Below, one piece after another: positions 36,201 to 51,200 of a DNA stretch of 64,000 nucleotides. Numbering within the stretch: the first letter of the stretch is position 1; each line of letters opens with the position of its first letter. The notes under the pieces are model-generated. The model did no database searches, was not told the origin of the DNA, and saw only the letters and a program-made list of their open reading frames with translations. The position numbers and the translations under genes were made by a program. Source of the DNA: Lingula anatina (taxonomy: Eukaryota; Animalia; Brachiopoda); the NCBI GenBank assembly GCA_051362555.1, contig JBPQGU010000016.1, forward strand, positions 4,278,001 to 4,342,000, in the 5' to 3' direction.

Positions 36201-39200
36201 AAATCGAAGAAATCTCACAGTACCGGCACTGTTCAAAATCACTCAAAATCACCAAAAATCGACCCGTCTCCGATTTTTCCAAAAAGTGACGAAAATCAAT
36301 CTACCACACCTGTCATTCATAAAAAATGTGGAAACGCACCCGGGTCACTTCATCAAGGCCCCCAATTCTAGCTTTAAAGATGATCCAAAAATAAGCTCTG
36401 AGAACAGAATCTGAGAGGGGGGGGGGGGGGAGACAGAGTTTTTGCTCTATTTCTTCCTTAATGTTGACACCACCACTCTTCCAGCACTTTATTCTTACTA
36501 CAAATGACCGAACACAACTACCTGACACTATAATGAAGAAAAAAAATTTTCATCCCTACCTGGCCAAAATCGAAGAAATCTCACAGTGCCGGCACTGTTC
36601 AAAATCACTCAAAATCACCAAAAATCGACCCGTCTCCGATTTTTCCAAAAAGTGACGAAAATCAATCTACCGCACCTGTCATTCATAAAAAATGTGGAAA
36701 CGCGCCCGGGTCACTTCATCAAGCCCCCAATTCTAGCTTTAAAGATGATCCAAAAATAAGCTCTGAGAACAGAATCTGAGAGGGGGGGGGGGGGAGACAG
36801 AGTTTTTGCTCTATTTCTTCCTTAATGTTGACACCACCACTCTTCCAGCACTTTATTCTTACTACAAATGACCGAACACACCTACCTGACACTATAATGA
36901 AGAAAAAAAATTTTCATCCCTACCTGGCCAAAATTGAAGAACTCTCACAGTGCCGGCACTGTTCAAAATCACTCAAAATCACCAAAAATCGACCCGTCTC
37001 CGATTTTTCCAAAAAGTGACGAAAATCAATCTACCACACCTGTCATTCATAAAAAATGTGGAAACGCGCCCGGGTCACTTCATCAAGGCCCCCAATTCTA
37101 GCTTTAAAGATGATCCAAAAATAAGCTCTGAGAACAGAATCTGAGAGGGGGGGGGGGGAGACAGAGTTTTTGCTCTATTTCTTCCTTAATGTTGACACCA
37201 CCACTCTTCCAGCACTTTATTCTTACTACAAATGACCGAACACACCTACCTGACACTATAATGAAGAAAAAAAATTTTCATCCCTACCTGGCCAAAATTG
37301 AAGAACTCTCACAGTACCGGCACTGTTCAAAATCACTCAAAATCACCAAAAATCGACCCGTCTCCGATTTTTCCAAAAAGTGACGAAAATCAATCTACCA
37401 CACCTGTCATTCATAAAAAATGTGGAAACGCACCCGGGTCACTTCATCAAGGCCCCCAATTCTAGCTTTAAAGATGATCCAAAAATAAGCTCTGAGAACA
37501 GAATCTGAGAGGGGGGGGGGGGAGACAGAGTTTTTGCTCTATTTCTTCCTTAATGTTGACACCACCACTCTTCCAGCACTTTATTCTTACTACAAATGAC
37601 CGAACACACCTACCTGACAATATAATGAAGAAAAAAAATTTTCATCCCTACCTGGCCAAAATCGAAGAAATCTCACAGTACCGGCACTGTTCAAAATCAC
37701 TCAAAATCACCAAAAATTGACCCGTCTCCGATTTTTCCAAAAAGTGACGAAAATCAATCTACCACACCTGTCATTCATAAAAAATGTGGAAACGCACCCG
37801 GGTCACTTCATCAAGGCCCCCAATTCTAGCTTTAAAGATGATCCAAAAATAAGCTCTGAGAACAGAATCTGAGAGGGGGGGGGGGGGAGACAGAGTTTTT
37901 GCTCTATTTCTTCCTTAATGTTGACACCACCACTCTTCCAGCACTTTATTCTTACTACAAATGACCGAACACAACTACCTGACACTATAATGAAGAAAAA
38001 AAATTTTCATCCCTACCTGGCCAAAATCGAAGAAATCTCACAGTGCCGGCACTGTTCAAAATCACTCAAAATCACCAAAAATCGACCCGTCTCCGATTTT
38101 TCCAAAAAGTGACGAAAATCAATCTACCGCACCTGTCATTCATAAAAAATGTGGAAACGCGCCCGGGTCACTTCATCAAGCCCCCAATTCTAGCTTTAAA
38201 GATGATCCAAAAATAAGCTCTGAGAACAGAATCTGAGAGGGGGGGGGGGGGAGACAGAGTTTTTGCTCTATTTCTTCCTTAATGTTGACACCACCACTCT
38301 TCCAGCACTTTATTCTTACTACAAATGACCGAACACACCTACCTGACACTATAATGAAGAAAAAAAATTTTCATCCCTACCTGGCCAAAATTGAAGAACT
38401 CTCACAGTGCCGGCACTGTTCAAAATCACTCAAAATCACCAAAAATCGACCCGTCTCCGATTTTTCCAAAAAGTGACGAAAATCAATCTACCACACCTGT
38501 CATTCATAAAAAATGTGGAAACGCGCCCGGGTCACTTCATCAAGGCCCCCAATTCTAGCTTTAAAGATGATCCAAAAATAAGCTCTGAGAACAGAATCTG
38601 AGAGGGGGGGGGGGGGGGAGACAGAGTTTTTGCTCTATTTCTTCCTTAATGTTGACACCACCACTCTTCCAGCACTTTATTCTTACTACAAATGACCGAA
38701 CACACCTACCTGACACTATAATGAAGAAAAAAAATTTTCATCCCTACCTGGCCAAAATTGAAGAACTCTCACAGTGCCGGCACTGTTCAAAATCACTCAA
38801 AATCACCAAAAATTGACCCGTCTCCGATTTTTCCAAAAAGTGACGAAAATCAATCTACCACACCTGTCATTCATAAAAAATGTGGAAACGCGCCTGGGTC
38901 ACTTCATCAAGGCCCCCAATTCTAGCTTTAAAGATGATCCAAAAATAAGCTCTGAGAACAGAATCTGAGAGGGGGGGGGAGACAGAGTTTTTGCTCTATT
39001 TCTTCCTTAATGTTGACACCACCACTCTTCCAGCACTTTATTCTTACTACAAATGACCGAACACACCTACCTGACGCTATAATGAAGAAAAAAATTTTTC
39101 ATCCCTACCTGGCCAAAATTGAAGAAATCTCACAGTGCCGGCACGGTTCAAAATCAGTCAAAATCTGCAAAAATCGACCCGTCTCTGATTTTTCCAAAAA

Positions 39201-42200
39201 GTGACGAAAATCAATCTACCACACCTGTCATTCATAAAAAATGTGGAAACGCGCCCAGGTCACTTCATCAAGGCCCCCAATTCTAGCTTTAAAGATGATC
39301 CAAAAATAAGCTCTGAGAACAGAGTCTGAGAGGGGGGGGGGGGGAGACAGAGTTTTTGCTCTATTTCTTCCTTAATGTTGACACCACCACTCTTCCAGCA
39401 CTTTATTCTTACTACAAATGACGGAACACACCTACCTGACACTATAATGAAGAAACAAAATTTTCATCCCAACCTGGCCAAAATTGAAGAACTCTCACAG
39501 TGCCGGCACTGTTCAAAATCACTCAAAATCACCAAAAATCGACCCGTCTCCGATTTTTCCAAAAAGTGACGAAAATCAATCTACCACACCTGTCATTCAT
39601 AAAAAATGTGGAAACGCGCCCAGGTCACTTCATCAAGGCCCCCAATTCTAGCTTTAAAGATGATCCAAAAATAAGCTCTGAGAACAGAATCTGAGAGGGG
39701 GGGGAGGGAGACAGAGTTTTTCCTCTATTTCTTCCTTAATGTTGACACCACCACTCTTCCAGCACTTTATTCTTACTACAAATGACCGAACACACCTACC
39801 TGACACTATAATGAAGAAAAAAAATTTTCATCCCTACCTGGCCAAAATTGAAGAACTCTCACAGTGCCGGCACTGTTCAAAATCACTCAAAATCACCAAA
39901 AATCGACCCGTCTCCGATTTTTCCAAAAAGTGACGAAAATCAATCTACCACACCTGTCATTCATAAAAAATGTGGAAATGCGCCCGGGTCACTTCATCAA
40001 GGCCCCCAATTCTAGCTTTAAAGATGATCCAAAAATAAGCTCTGAGAACAGAATCTGAGAGGGGGGGGGGGGGAGACAAAGTTTTTGCTCTATTTCTTCC
40101 TTAATGTTGACACCACCACTCTTCCAGCACTTTATTCTTACTACAAATGACCGAACACACCTACCTGACACTATAATGAAGAAAAAAAATTTTTAATCCC
40201 TACCTGGCCAAAATTGAAGAACTCTCACAGTGCCGACACTGTTCAAAATCACTCAAAATCACCAAAAATCGACCCGTCTCCGATTTTTCCAAAAAGTGAC
40301 GAAAATCAATCTAGATCTACCACACCTGTCATTCATAAAAAATGTGGAAACGCACCCGGGTCACTTCATCAAGGCCCCCAATTCTAGCTTTAAAGATTAT
40401 CCAAAAATAAGCTCTGAGAACAGAATCTGAGAGGGGGGGGGGGAGACATAGTTTTTGCTCTATTTCTTCCTTAATGTTGACACCACCACTCTTCCAGCAC
40501 TTTATTCTTACTACAAATGACCGAACACACCTACCTGACACTATAATGAAGAAAAAAAATTTTCATCCCTACCTGGCCAAAATTGAAGAACTCTCACAGT
40601 GCCGACACTGTTCAAAATCACTCAAAATCACCAAAAATCGACCCGTCTCCGATTTTTCCAAAAAGTGACGAAAATCAATCTACCACACCTGTCATTCATA
40701 AAAAATGTGGAAACGCACCCGGGTCACTTCATCAAGGCCCCCAATTCTAGCTTTAAAGATTATCCAAAAATAAGCTCTGAGAACAGGATCTGAGAGGGGG
40801 GGGGAGACATAGTTTTTGCTCTATTTCTTCCTTAATGTTGACACCACCACTCTTCCAGCACTTTATTCTTACTACAAATGACCGAACACACCTACCTGAC
40901 ACTATAATGAAGAAAAAAAATTTTCATCCCTACCTGGCCAAAATTGAAGAACTCTCACAGTGCCGGCACTGTTCAAAATCACTCAAAATCACCAAAAATC
41001 GACCCGTCTCCGATTTTTCCAAAAAGTGACGAAAATCAATCTATCACACCTGTCATTCATAAAAAATGTGGAAACGCGCCCGGGTCACTTCATCAAGGCC
41101 CCCAATTCTAGCTTTAAAGATGATCCAAAAATAAGCTCTGAGAACAGAATCTGAGAGGGGGGGGGGAGACAGAGTTTTTGCTCTATTTCTTCCTTAATGT
41201 TGACACCACCACTCTTCCAGCACTTTATTCTTACTACAAATGACCGAACACACCTACCTGACAATATAATGAAGAAAAAAAATTTTCATCCCTACCTGGC
41301 CAAAATCGAAGAAATCTCACAGTACCGGCACTGTTCAAAATCACTCAAAATCACCAAAAATCGACCCGTCTCCGATTTTTCCAAAAAGTGACGAAAATCA
41401 ATCTACCACACCTGTCATTCATAAAAAATGTGGAAACGCACCCGGGTCACTTCATCAAGGCCCCCAATTCTAGCTTTAAAGATGATCCAAAAATAAGCTC
41501 TGAGAACAGAATCTGAGAGGGGGGGGGGGGGGGGGGAGACAGAGTTTTTGCTCTATTTCTTCCTTAATGTTGACTCCACCACTCTTCCAGCACTTTATTC
41601 TTACTACAAATGACCGAACACACCTACCTGACACTATAATGAAGAAAAAAAATTTTCATCCCTACCTGGCCAAAATCGAAGAAATCTCACAGTGCCGGCA
41701 CTGTTCAAAATCACTCAAAATCACCAAAAATCGACCCGTCTCCGATTTTTCCAAAAAGTGACGAAAATCAATCTACCGCACCTGTCATTCATAAAAAATG
41801 TGGAAACGCGCCCGGGTCACTTCATCAAGGCCCCCAATTCTAGCTTTAAAGATGATCCAAAAATAAGCTCTGAGAACAGAATCTGAGAGGGGGGGGGGGG
41901 GAGACAGAGTTTTTGCTCTATTTCTTCCTTAATGTTGACACCACCACTCTTCCAGCACTTTATTCTTACTACAAATGACCGAACACACCTACCTGACACT
42001 ATAATGAAGAAAAAAAATTTTCATCCCTACCTGGCCAAAATTGAAGGACTCTCACAGTGCCGGCACTGTTCAAAATCACTCAAAATCACCAAAAATCGAC
42101 CCGTCTCCGATTTTTCCAAAAAGTGACGAAAATCAATCTACCACACCTGTCATTCATAAAAAATGTGGAAACGCGCCCGGGTCACTTCATCAAGGCCCCC

Positions 42201-45200
42201 AATTCTAGCTTTAAAGATGATCCAAAAATAAGCTCTGAGAACAGAATCTGAGAGGGGGGGGGGGGGGGAGACAGAGTTTTTGCTCTATTTCTTCCTTAAT
42301 GTTGACACCACCACTCTTCCAGCACTTTATTCTTACTACAAATGACCGAACACACCTACCTGACACTATAATGAAGAAAAAAAATTTTCATCCCTACCTG
42401 GCCAAAATTGAAGAACTCTCACAGTGCCGGCACTGTTCAAAATCACTCAAAATCACCAAAAATTGACCCGTCTCCGATTTTTCCAAAAAGTGACGAAAAT
42501 CAATCTACCACACCAGTCATTCATAAAAAATGTGGAAACGCGCCTGGGTCACTTCATCAAGGCCCCCAATTCTAGCTTTAAAGATGATCCAAAAATAAGC
42601 TCTGAGAACAGAATCTGAGAGGGGGGGGGGAGACAGAGTTTTTGCTCTATTTCTTCCTTAATGTTGACACCACCACTCTTCCAGCACTTTATTCTTACTA
42701 CAAATGACCGAACACACCTACCTGACACTATAATGAAGAAAAAAAATTTTCATCCCTACCTGGCCAAAATTGAAGAACTCTCACAGTGCCGGCACTGTTC
42801 AAAATCACTCAAAATCACCAAAAATCGACCCGTCTCCGATTTTTCCAAAAAGTGACGAAAATCAATCTACCACACCTGTCATTCATAAAAAATGTGGAAA
42901 TGCGCCCGGGTCACTTCATCAAGGCCCCCAATTCTAGCTTTAAAGATGATCCAAAAATAAGCTCTGAGAACAGAATCTGAGAGGGGGGGGGGAGACAGAG
43001 TTTTTGCTCTATTTCCTCCTTAATGTTGACACCACCACTCTTCCAGCACTTTATTCTTACTACAAATGACCGAACACACCTACCTGACACTATAATGAAG
43101 AAAAAAAAATTTCATCCCTACCTGGCCAAAATTGAAGAACTCTCACAGTGCCGGCACTGTTCAAAATCACTCAAAATCACCAAAAATCGACCCGTCTCCG
43201 ATTTTTCCAAAAAGTGACGAAAATCAATCTATCACACCTGTCATTCATAAAAAATGTGGAAACGCGCCCGGGTCACTTCATCAAGGCCCCCAATTCTAGC
43301 TTTAAAGATGATCCAAAAATAAGCTCTGAGAACAGAATCTGAGAGGGGGGGGGGGAGACAGAGTTTTTGCATTATTTCTTCCTTAATGTTGACACCACCA
43401 CTCTTCCAGCACTTTATTCTTACTACAAATGACCGAACACACCTACCTGACACTATAATGAAGAAAAAAAATTTTCATCCCTACCTGGCCAAAATCGAAG
43501 AAATCTCACAGTACCGGCACTGTTCAAAATCACTCAAAATCACCAAAAATCGACCCGTCTCCGATTTTTCCAAAAAGTGACGAAAATCAATCTACCACAC
43601 CTGTCATTCATAAAAAATGTGGAAACGCGCCCGGGTCACTTCATCAAGGCCCCCAATTCTAGCTTTAAAGATGATCCAAAAATAAGCTTTGAGAACAGAA
43701 TCTGAGAGGGGGGGGGGGGAGACAGAGTTTTTGCTCTATTTCTTCCTTAATGTTGACACCACCACTCTTCCAGCACTTTATTCTTACTACAAATGACCGA
43801 ACACACCTACCTGACACTATAATGAAGAAAAAAAATTTTCATCCCTACCTGGCCAAAATTGAAGAACTCTCACAGTGCCGGCACTGTTCAAAATCACTCA
43901 AAATCACCAAAAATTGACCCGTCTCCGATTTTTCCAAAAAGTGACGAAAATCAATCTACCACACCTGTCATTCATAAAAAATGTGGAAACGCGCCTGGGT
44001 CACTTCATCAAGGCCCCCAATTCTAGCTTTAAAGATCATCCAAAAATAAGCTCTGAGAACAGAATCTGAGAGGGGGGGGGAGACAGAGTTTTTGCTCTAT
44101 TTCTTCCTTAATGTTGACACCACCACTCTTCCAGCACTTTATTCTTACTACAAATGACCGAACACACCTACCTGACACTATAATGAAGAAAAAAATTTTC
44201 ATCCCTACCTGGCCAAAATTGAAGAACTCTCACAGTGCCGGCACTGTTCAAAATCACTCAAAATCACCAAAAATCGACCCGTCTCCGATTTTTCCAAAAA
44301 GTGACGAAAATCAATCTACCACACCTGTCATTCATAAAAAATGTGGAAACGCGCCCGGGTCACTTCATCAAGGCCCCCAATTCTAGCTTTAAAGATGATC
44401 CAAAAATAAGCTCTGAGAACAGAATCTGAGAGGGGGGGGGGAGACAGAGTTTTTGCTCTATTTCTTCCTTAATGTTGACACCACCACTCTTCCAGCACTT
44501 TATTCTTACTACAAATGACCGAACACACCTACCTGACACTATAATGAAGAAAAAAAATTTTCATCCCTACCTGGCCAAAATCGAAGAAATCTCACAGTGC
44601 CGGCACTGTTCAAAATCACTCAAAATCACCAAAAATCGACCCGTCTCCGATTTTTCCAAAAAGTGACGAAAATCAATCTACCACACCTGTCATTCATAAA
44701 AAATGTGGAAACGCGCCCGGGTCACTTCATCAAGGCCCCCAATTCTAGCTTTAAAGATGATCCAAAAATAAGCTCTGAGAACAGAATCTGAGAGGGGGGG
44801 GGGGGGGAGACAGAGTTTTTGCTCTATTTCTTCCTTAATGTTGACACCACCACTCTTCCAGCACTTTATTCTTACTACAAATGACCGAACACACCTACCT
44901 GACACTATAATGAAGTAAAAAAATTTTCATCCCTACCTGGCCAAAATTGAAGAAATCTCACAGTGCCGGCACTGTTCAAAATCACTCAAAATCACCAAAA
45001 ATCGACCCGTCTCCGATTTTTCCAAAAAGTGACGAAAATCAATCTACCACACCTGTCATTCATAAAAAATGTGGAAACGCGCCCGGTTCACTTCATCAAG
45101 GCCCCCAATTCTAGCTTTAAAGATGATCCAAAAATAAGCTCTGAGAACAGAATCTGAGAGGGGGGGGAGACAGAGTTTTTGCTCTATTTCATCCTTAATG

Positions 45201-48200
45201 TTGACACCACCACTCTTCCAGCACTTTATTCTTACTACAAATGACCGAACACACCTACCTGACACTATAATGAAGAAAAAAAAATTTCATCCCTACCTGG
45301 CCAAAATTGAAGAACTCTCACAGTGCCGGCACTGTTCAAAATCACTCAAAATCACCAAAAATCGACCCGTCTCCGATTTTTCCAAAAAGTGACGAAAATC
45401 AATCTACCACACCTGTCATTCATAAAAAATGTGGAAACGCGCCCGGGTCACTTCATCAAGGCCCCCAATTCTAGCTTTAAAGATGATCCAAAAATAAGCT
45501 CTGAGAACAGAATCTGAGAGGGGGGGGGGAGACAGAGTTTTTGCTCTATTTCATCCTTAATGTTGACACCACCACTCTTCCAGCACTTTATTCTTACTAC
45601 AAATGACCGAACACACCTACCTGACACTATAATGAAGAAAAAAAATTTTCATCCCTACCTGGCCAAAATTGAAGAACTCTCACAGTGCCGGCACTGTTCA
45701 AAATCACTCAAAATCACCAAAAATCGACCCGTCTCCGATTTTTCCAAAAAGTGACGAAAATCAATCTACCACACCTGTCATTCATAAAAAATGTGGAAAC
45801 GCGCCCGGGTCACTTCATCAAGGCCCCCAATTCTAGCTTTAAAGATGATCCAAAAATAAGCTCTGAGAACAGAATCTGAGAGGGGGGGGGAGACAGAGTT
45901 TTTGCTCTATTTCTTCCTTAATGTTGACACCACCACTCTTCCAGCACTTTATTCTTACTACAAATGACCGAACACACCTACCTGACACTATAATGAAGAA
46001 AAATAATTTTCATCCCTACCTGGCCAAAATTGAAGAACTCTCACAGTGCTGGCACTGTTCAAAATCACTCAAAATCACCAAAAATCGACCCGTCTCCGAT
46101 TTTTCCAAAAAGTGACGAAAATCAATCTACCACACCTGTCATTCATAAAAAATGTGGAAACGGGCCCGGGTCACTTCATCAAGGCCCCCAATTCTAGCTT
46201 TAAAGATGATCCAAAAATAAGCTCTGAGAACAGAATCTGAAAGGGGGGGGGGGAGACAGAGTTTTTGCTCTATTTCTTCCTTAATGATGACACCACCACT
46301 CTTCCAGCACTTTATTCTTACTACGAAAGACCGAACACACCTACCTGACACTATAATGCAGAAAAAATTTTTCATCCCTACCTGGCCAAAATTGAAGAAC
46401 TCTCACAGTGCCGGCACTGTTCAAAATCACTCAAAATCACCAAAAATCGACCCGTCTCCGATTTTTCCAAAAAGTGACGAAAATCAATCTACCACACCTG
46501 TCATTCATAAAAAATGTGGAAACGCGCCCGGGTCTCTTCATTAAGGCCCCCAATTCTAGCTTTAAAGATGATCCAAAAATAAGCTCTGAGAACAGAATCT
46601 GAGAGGGGGGGGGAGATAGAGTTTTTGCTCTATTTCTTCCTTAATGTTGACACCACCACTCTTCCAGCACTTTATTCTTACTACGAATGACCGAACACAC
46701 CTACCTGACACTATAATGAAGAAAAAAAATTTTCATCCCTACCTGGCCAAAATTGAAGAACTCTCACAGTACCGGCACTGTTCAAAATCACTCAAAATCA
46801 CCAAAAATCGACCCGTCTCCGATTTTTCCAAAAAGTGACGAAAATCAATCTACCATACCTGTCATTCATAAAAAATGTGGAAACGCGCCCGGGTCACTTC
46901 ATCAAGGCCCCCAATTCTAGCTTTAAAAATGATCCAAAAATAAGCTCTGAGAACAGAATCTGAGAGGGGGGGGGAGACAGAGTTTTTGCTCTATTTCTTC
47001 CTTAATGTTGACACCACCACTCTTCCAGCACTTTATTCTTACTACAAATGACCGAACACACCTACCTGACACTATAATGAAGAAAAAAAATTTTCATCCC
47101 TACCTGGCCAAAATTGAAGAAATCTCACAGTGCCGGCACTGTTCAAAATCACTCAAAATCACCAAAAATCGACCCGTCTCCGATTTTTCCAAAAAGTGAC
47201 GAAAATCAATCTACCACACCTGTCATTCATAAAAAATGTGGAAACGCGCCCGGGTCACTTCATCAAGGCCCCCAATTCTAGCTTTAAAGATGATCCAAAA
47301 ATAAGCTCTGAGAACAGAATCTGAGAGGGGGGGGGGAGACAGAGTTTTTGCTCTATTTCTTCCTTAATGTTGACACCACCACTCTTCCAGCACTTTATTC
47401 TTACTACAAATGACCGAACACACCTACCTGACACTATAATGAAGAAAAAAAATTTTCATCCCTACCTGGCCAAAATTGAAGAACTCTCACAGTGCCCGCA
47501 CTGTTCAAAATCACTCAAAATCACCAAAAATCGACCCGTCTCCGATTTTTCCAAAAAGTGACGAAAATCAATCTACCACACCTGTCATTCATAAAAAATG
47601 TGGAAACGCGCCCGGGTCACTTCAAAAAAGCCCCCAATTCTAGCTTTAAAGATGATCCAAAAATAAGCTCTGAGAACAGAATCTGAGAGGGGGGGGGGAG
47701 ACAGAGTTTTGCTCTATTTCTTCCTTAATGTTGACACCACCACTCTTCCAGCACTTTATTCTTACTACAAATGACCGAACACACCTACCTGACACTATAA
47801 TGAAGAAAAAAAATTTTCATCCCTACCTGGCCAAAATTGAAGAAATCTCACAGTGCCGGCACTGTTCAAAATCACTCAAAATCACCAAAAATCAACCCGT
47901 CTCCGATTTTTCCAAAAAGTGACGAAAAACAATCTACCACACCTGTCATTCATAAAAAATGTGGAAACGCGCCCGGGTCACTTCATCAAGGCCCCCAATT
48001 CTAGCTTTAAAGATGATCCAAAAATAAGCTCTGAGAACAGAATCTGAGAGGGGGGGGGGAAGACAGAGTTTTTGCTCTATTTCTTCCTTAATGTCGACAC
48101 CACCACTCTTCCAGCACTTTATTCTTACTACAAATGACCGAACACACCTACCTGACACTATAATGAAGAAAAAAAATTTTCATCCCTACCTGGCCAAAAT

Positions 48201-51200
48201 TGAAGAACTCTCACAGTGCCGGCACTGTTCAAAATCACTCAAAATCACCAAAAATCGACCCGTCTCCGATTTTTCCAAAAAGTGACGAAAATCAATCTAC
48301 CACACCTGTCATTCATAAAAAATGTGGAAACGCGCCCGGGTCACTTCATCAAGGCCCCCAATTCTAGCTTTAAAGATGATCCAAAAATAAGCTCTGAGAA
48401 CAGAATCTGAGAGGGGGGGGGAGACAGAGTTTTTGTTCTATTTCTTCCTTAATGTTGACACCACCACTCTTCCAGCACTTTATTCTTACTACAAATGACC
48501 GAACACACCTACCTGACACTATAATGAAGAAAAATAATTTTCATCCCTACCTGGCCAAAATTGAAGAACTCTCACAGTGCCGGCACTGTTCAAAATCACT
48601 CAAAATCACCAAAAATCGACCCGTCTCTGATTTTTCCAAAAAGTGACGAAAATCAATCTACCACACCTGTCATTCATAAAAAATGTGGAAACGCGCCCGG
48701 GTCACTTCATCAAGGCCCCCAATTCTAGCTTTAAAGATGATCCAAAAATAAGCTCTGAGAACAGAATCTGAGAGGGGGGGGGAGACAGAGTTTTTGCTCT
48801 ATTTCTTCCTTAATGTTGACACCACCACTCTTCCAGCACTTTATTCTTACTACAAATGACCGAACACACCTACCTGACACTATAATGAAGAAAAAAAATT
48901 TTCATCCCTACCTGGCCAAAATTGAAGAAATCTCACAGTGCCGGCACTGTTCAAAATCACTCAAAATCACCAAAAATCAACCCGTCTCCGATTTTTCCAA
49001 AAAGTGACGAAAAACAATCTACCACACCTGTCATTCATAAAAAATGTGGAAACGCGCCCGGGTCACTTCATCAAGGCCCCCAATTCTAGCTTTAAAGATG
49101 ATCCAAAAATAAGCTCTGAGAACAGAATCTGAGAGGGGGGGGGGGAAGACAGAGTTTTTGCTCTATTTCTTCCTTAATGTCGACACCACCACTCTTCCAG
49201 CACTTTATTCTTACTACAAATGACCGAACACACCTACCTGACACTATAATGAAGAAAAAAAATTTTCATCCCTACCTGGCCAAAATTGAAGAAATCTCAC
49301 AGTGCCGGCACTGTTCAAAATCACTCAAAATCACCAAAAATCAACCCGTCTCCGATTTTTCCAAAAAGTGACGAAAAACAATCTACCACACCTGTCATTC
49401 ATAAAAAATGTGGAAACGCGCCCGAGTCACTTCATCAAGGCCCCCAATTCTAGCTTTAAAGATGATCCAAAAATAAGCTCTGAGAACAGAATCTGAGAGG
49501 GGGGGGGGAGGACAGAGTTTTTGCTCTATTTCTTCCTGAAAAAAGTGACGAAAATCAATCTACCACACCTGTCATTCATAAAAAATGTGGAAACGCGCCC
49601 GGGTCACTTCATCAAGGCCCCCAATTCTAGCTTTAAAGATGATCCAAAAATAAGCTCTGAGAACAGAATCTGAGAGGGGGGGGGGAGACAGAGTTTTTGC
49701 TCTATTTCTTCCTTAATGTTGACACCACCACTCTTCCAGCACTTTATTCTTACTACAAATGACCGAACACACCTACCTGACACTATAATGAAAAAAAAAA
49801 ATTTTCATCCCTACCTGGCCAAAATTGAAGAAATCTCACAGTGCCGGCACTGTTCAAAATCACTCAAAATCACCAAAAATCGACCCGTCTCCGATTTTTC
49901 CAAAAAGTGACGAAAATAAATCTACCACACCTGTCATTCATAAAAAATGTGGAAACGCGCCCGGGTCACTTCATCAAGGCCCCCAATTCTAGCTTTAAAG
50001 ATGATCCAAAAACAAGCTCTGAGAACAGAATCTGAGAGGGGGGGGGGAGACAGTTTTTGCTCTATTTCTTCCTTAATGTTGACACCACCACTCTTCCAGC
50101 ACTTTATTCTTACTACAAATGACCGAACACACATACCTGACACTATAATGAAGAAAAAAATTTTCATCCCTACCTGGCCAAAATTGAAGAAATCTCACAG
50201 TGCCGGCACTGTTCAAAATCACTCAAAATCACCAAAAATCGACCCGTCTCCGATTTTTCCAAAAAGTGACGAAAATCAATCTACCACACCTGTCATTCAT
50301 AAAAAATGTGGAAACGCGCCCGGGTCACTTCATCAAGGCCCCCAATTCTAGCTTTAAAGATGATCCAAAAATAAGCTCTGAGAACAGAATCTGAGAGGGG
50401 GGGGGGGGAGACAGAGTTTTTGCTCTATTTCTTCCTTAATGTTGACACCACCACTCTTCCAGCACTTTATTCTTACTACAAATGACCGAACACACCTACC
50501 TGACACTATAATGAAAAAAAAAATTTTCATCCCTACCTGGCCAAAATTGAAGAAATCTCACAGTGCCGGCACTGTTCAAAATCACTCAAAATCACCAAAA
50601 ATCGACCCGTCTCCGATTTTTCCAAAAAGTGACGAAAATAAATCTACCACACCTGTCATTCATAAAAAATGTGGAAACGCGCCCGGGTCACTTCATCAAG
50701 GCCCCCAATTCTAGCTTTAAAGATGATCCAAAAATAAGCTCTGAGAACAGAATCTGAGAGGGGGGGGGAGACAGTTTTTGCTCTATTTCTTCCTTAATGT
50801 TGACACCACCACTCTTCCAGCACTTTATTCTTAATACAAATGACCGAACACACCTACCTGACACTATAATGAAGAAAAAAAATTTTCATCCCTACCGGGC
50901 CAAAATTGAAGAAATTTCACAGTGCCGGCACTGTTCAAAATCACTCAAAATCACCAAAAATCGACCCGTCTCCGATTTTTCCAAAAAGTGACGAAAATCA
51001 ATCTACCACACCTGTCATTCATAAAAAATGTGGAAACGCGCCCGGGTCACTTCATCAAGGCCCCCTATTCTAGCTTTAAAGATGATCCAAAAATAAGCTC
51101 TGAGAACAGAATCTGAGAGGGGGGGGGAGACAGAGTTTTTGCTCTATTTCTTCCTTAATGTTGACACCACCACTCTTCCAGCACTTTATTCTTACTACAA

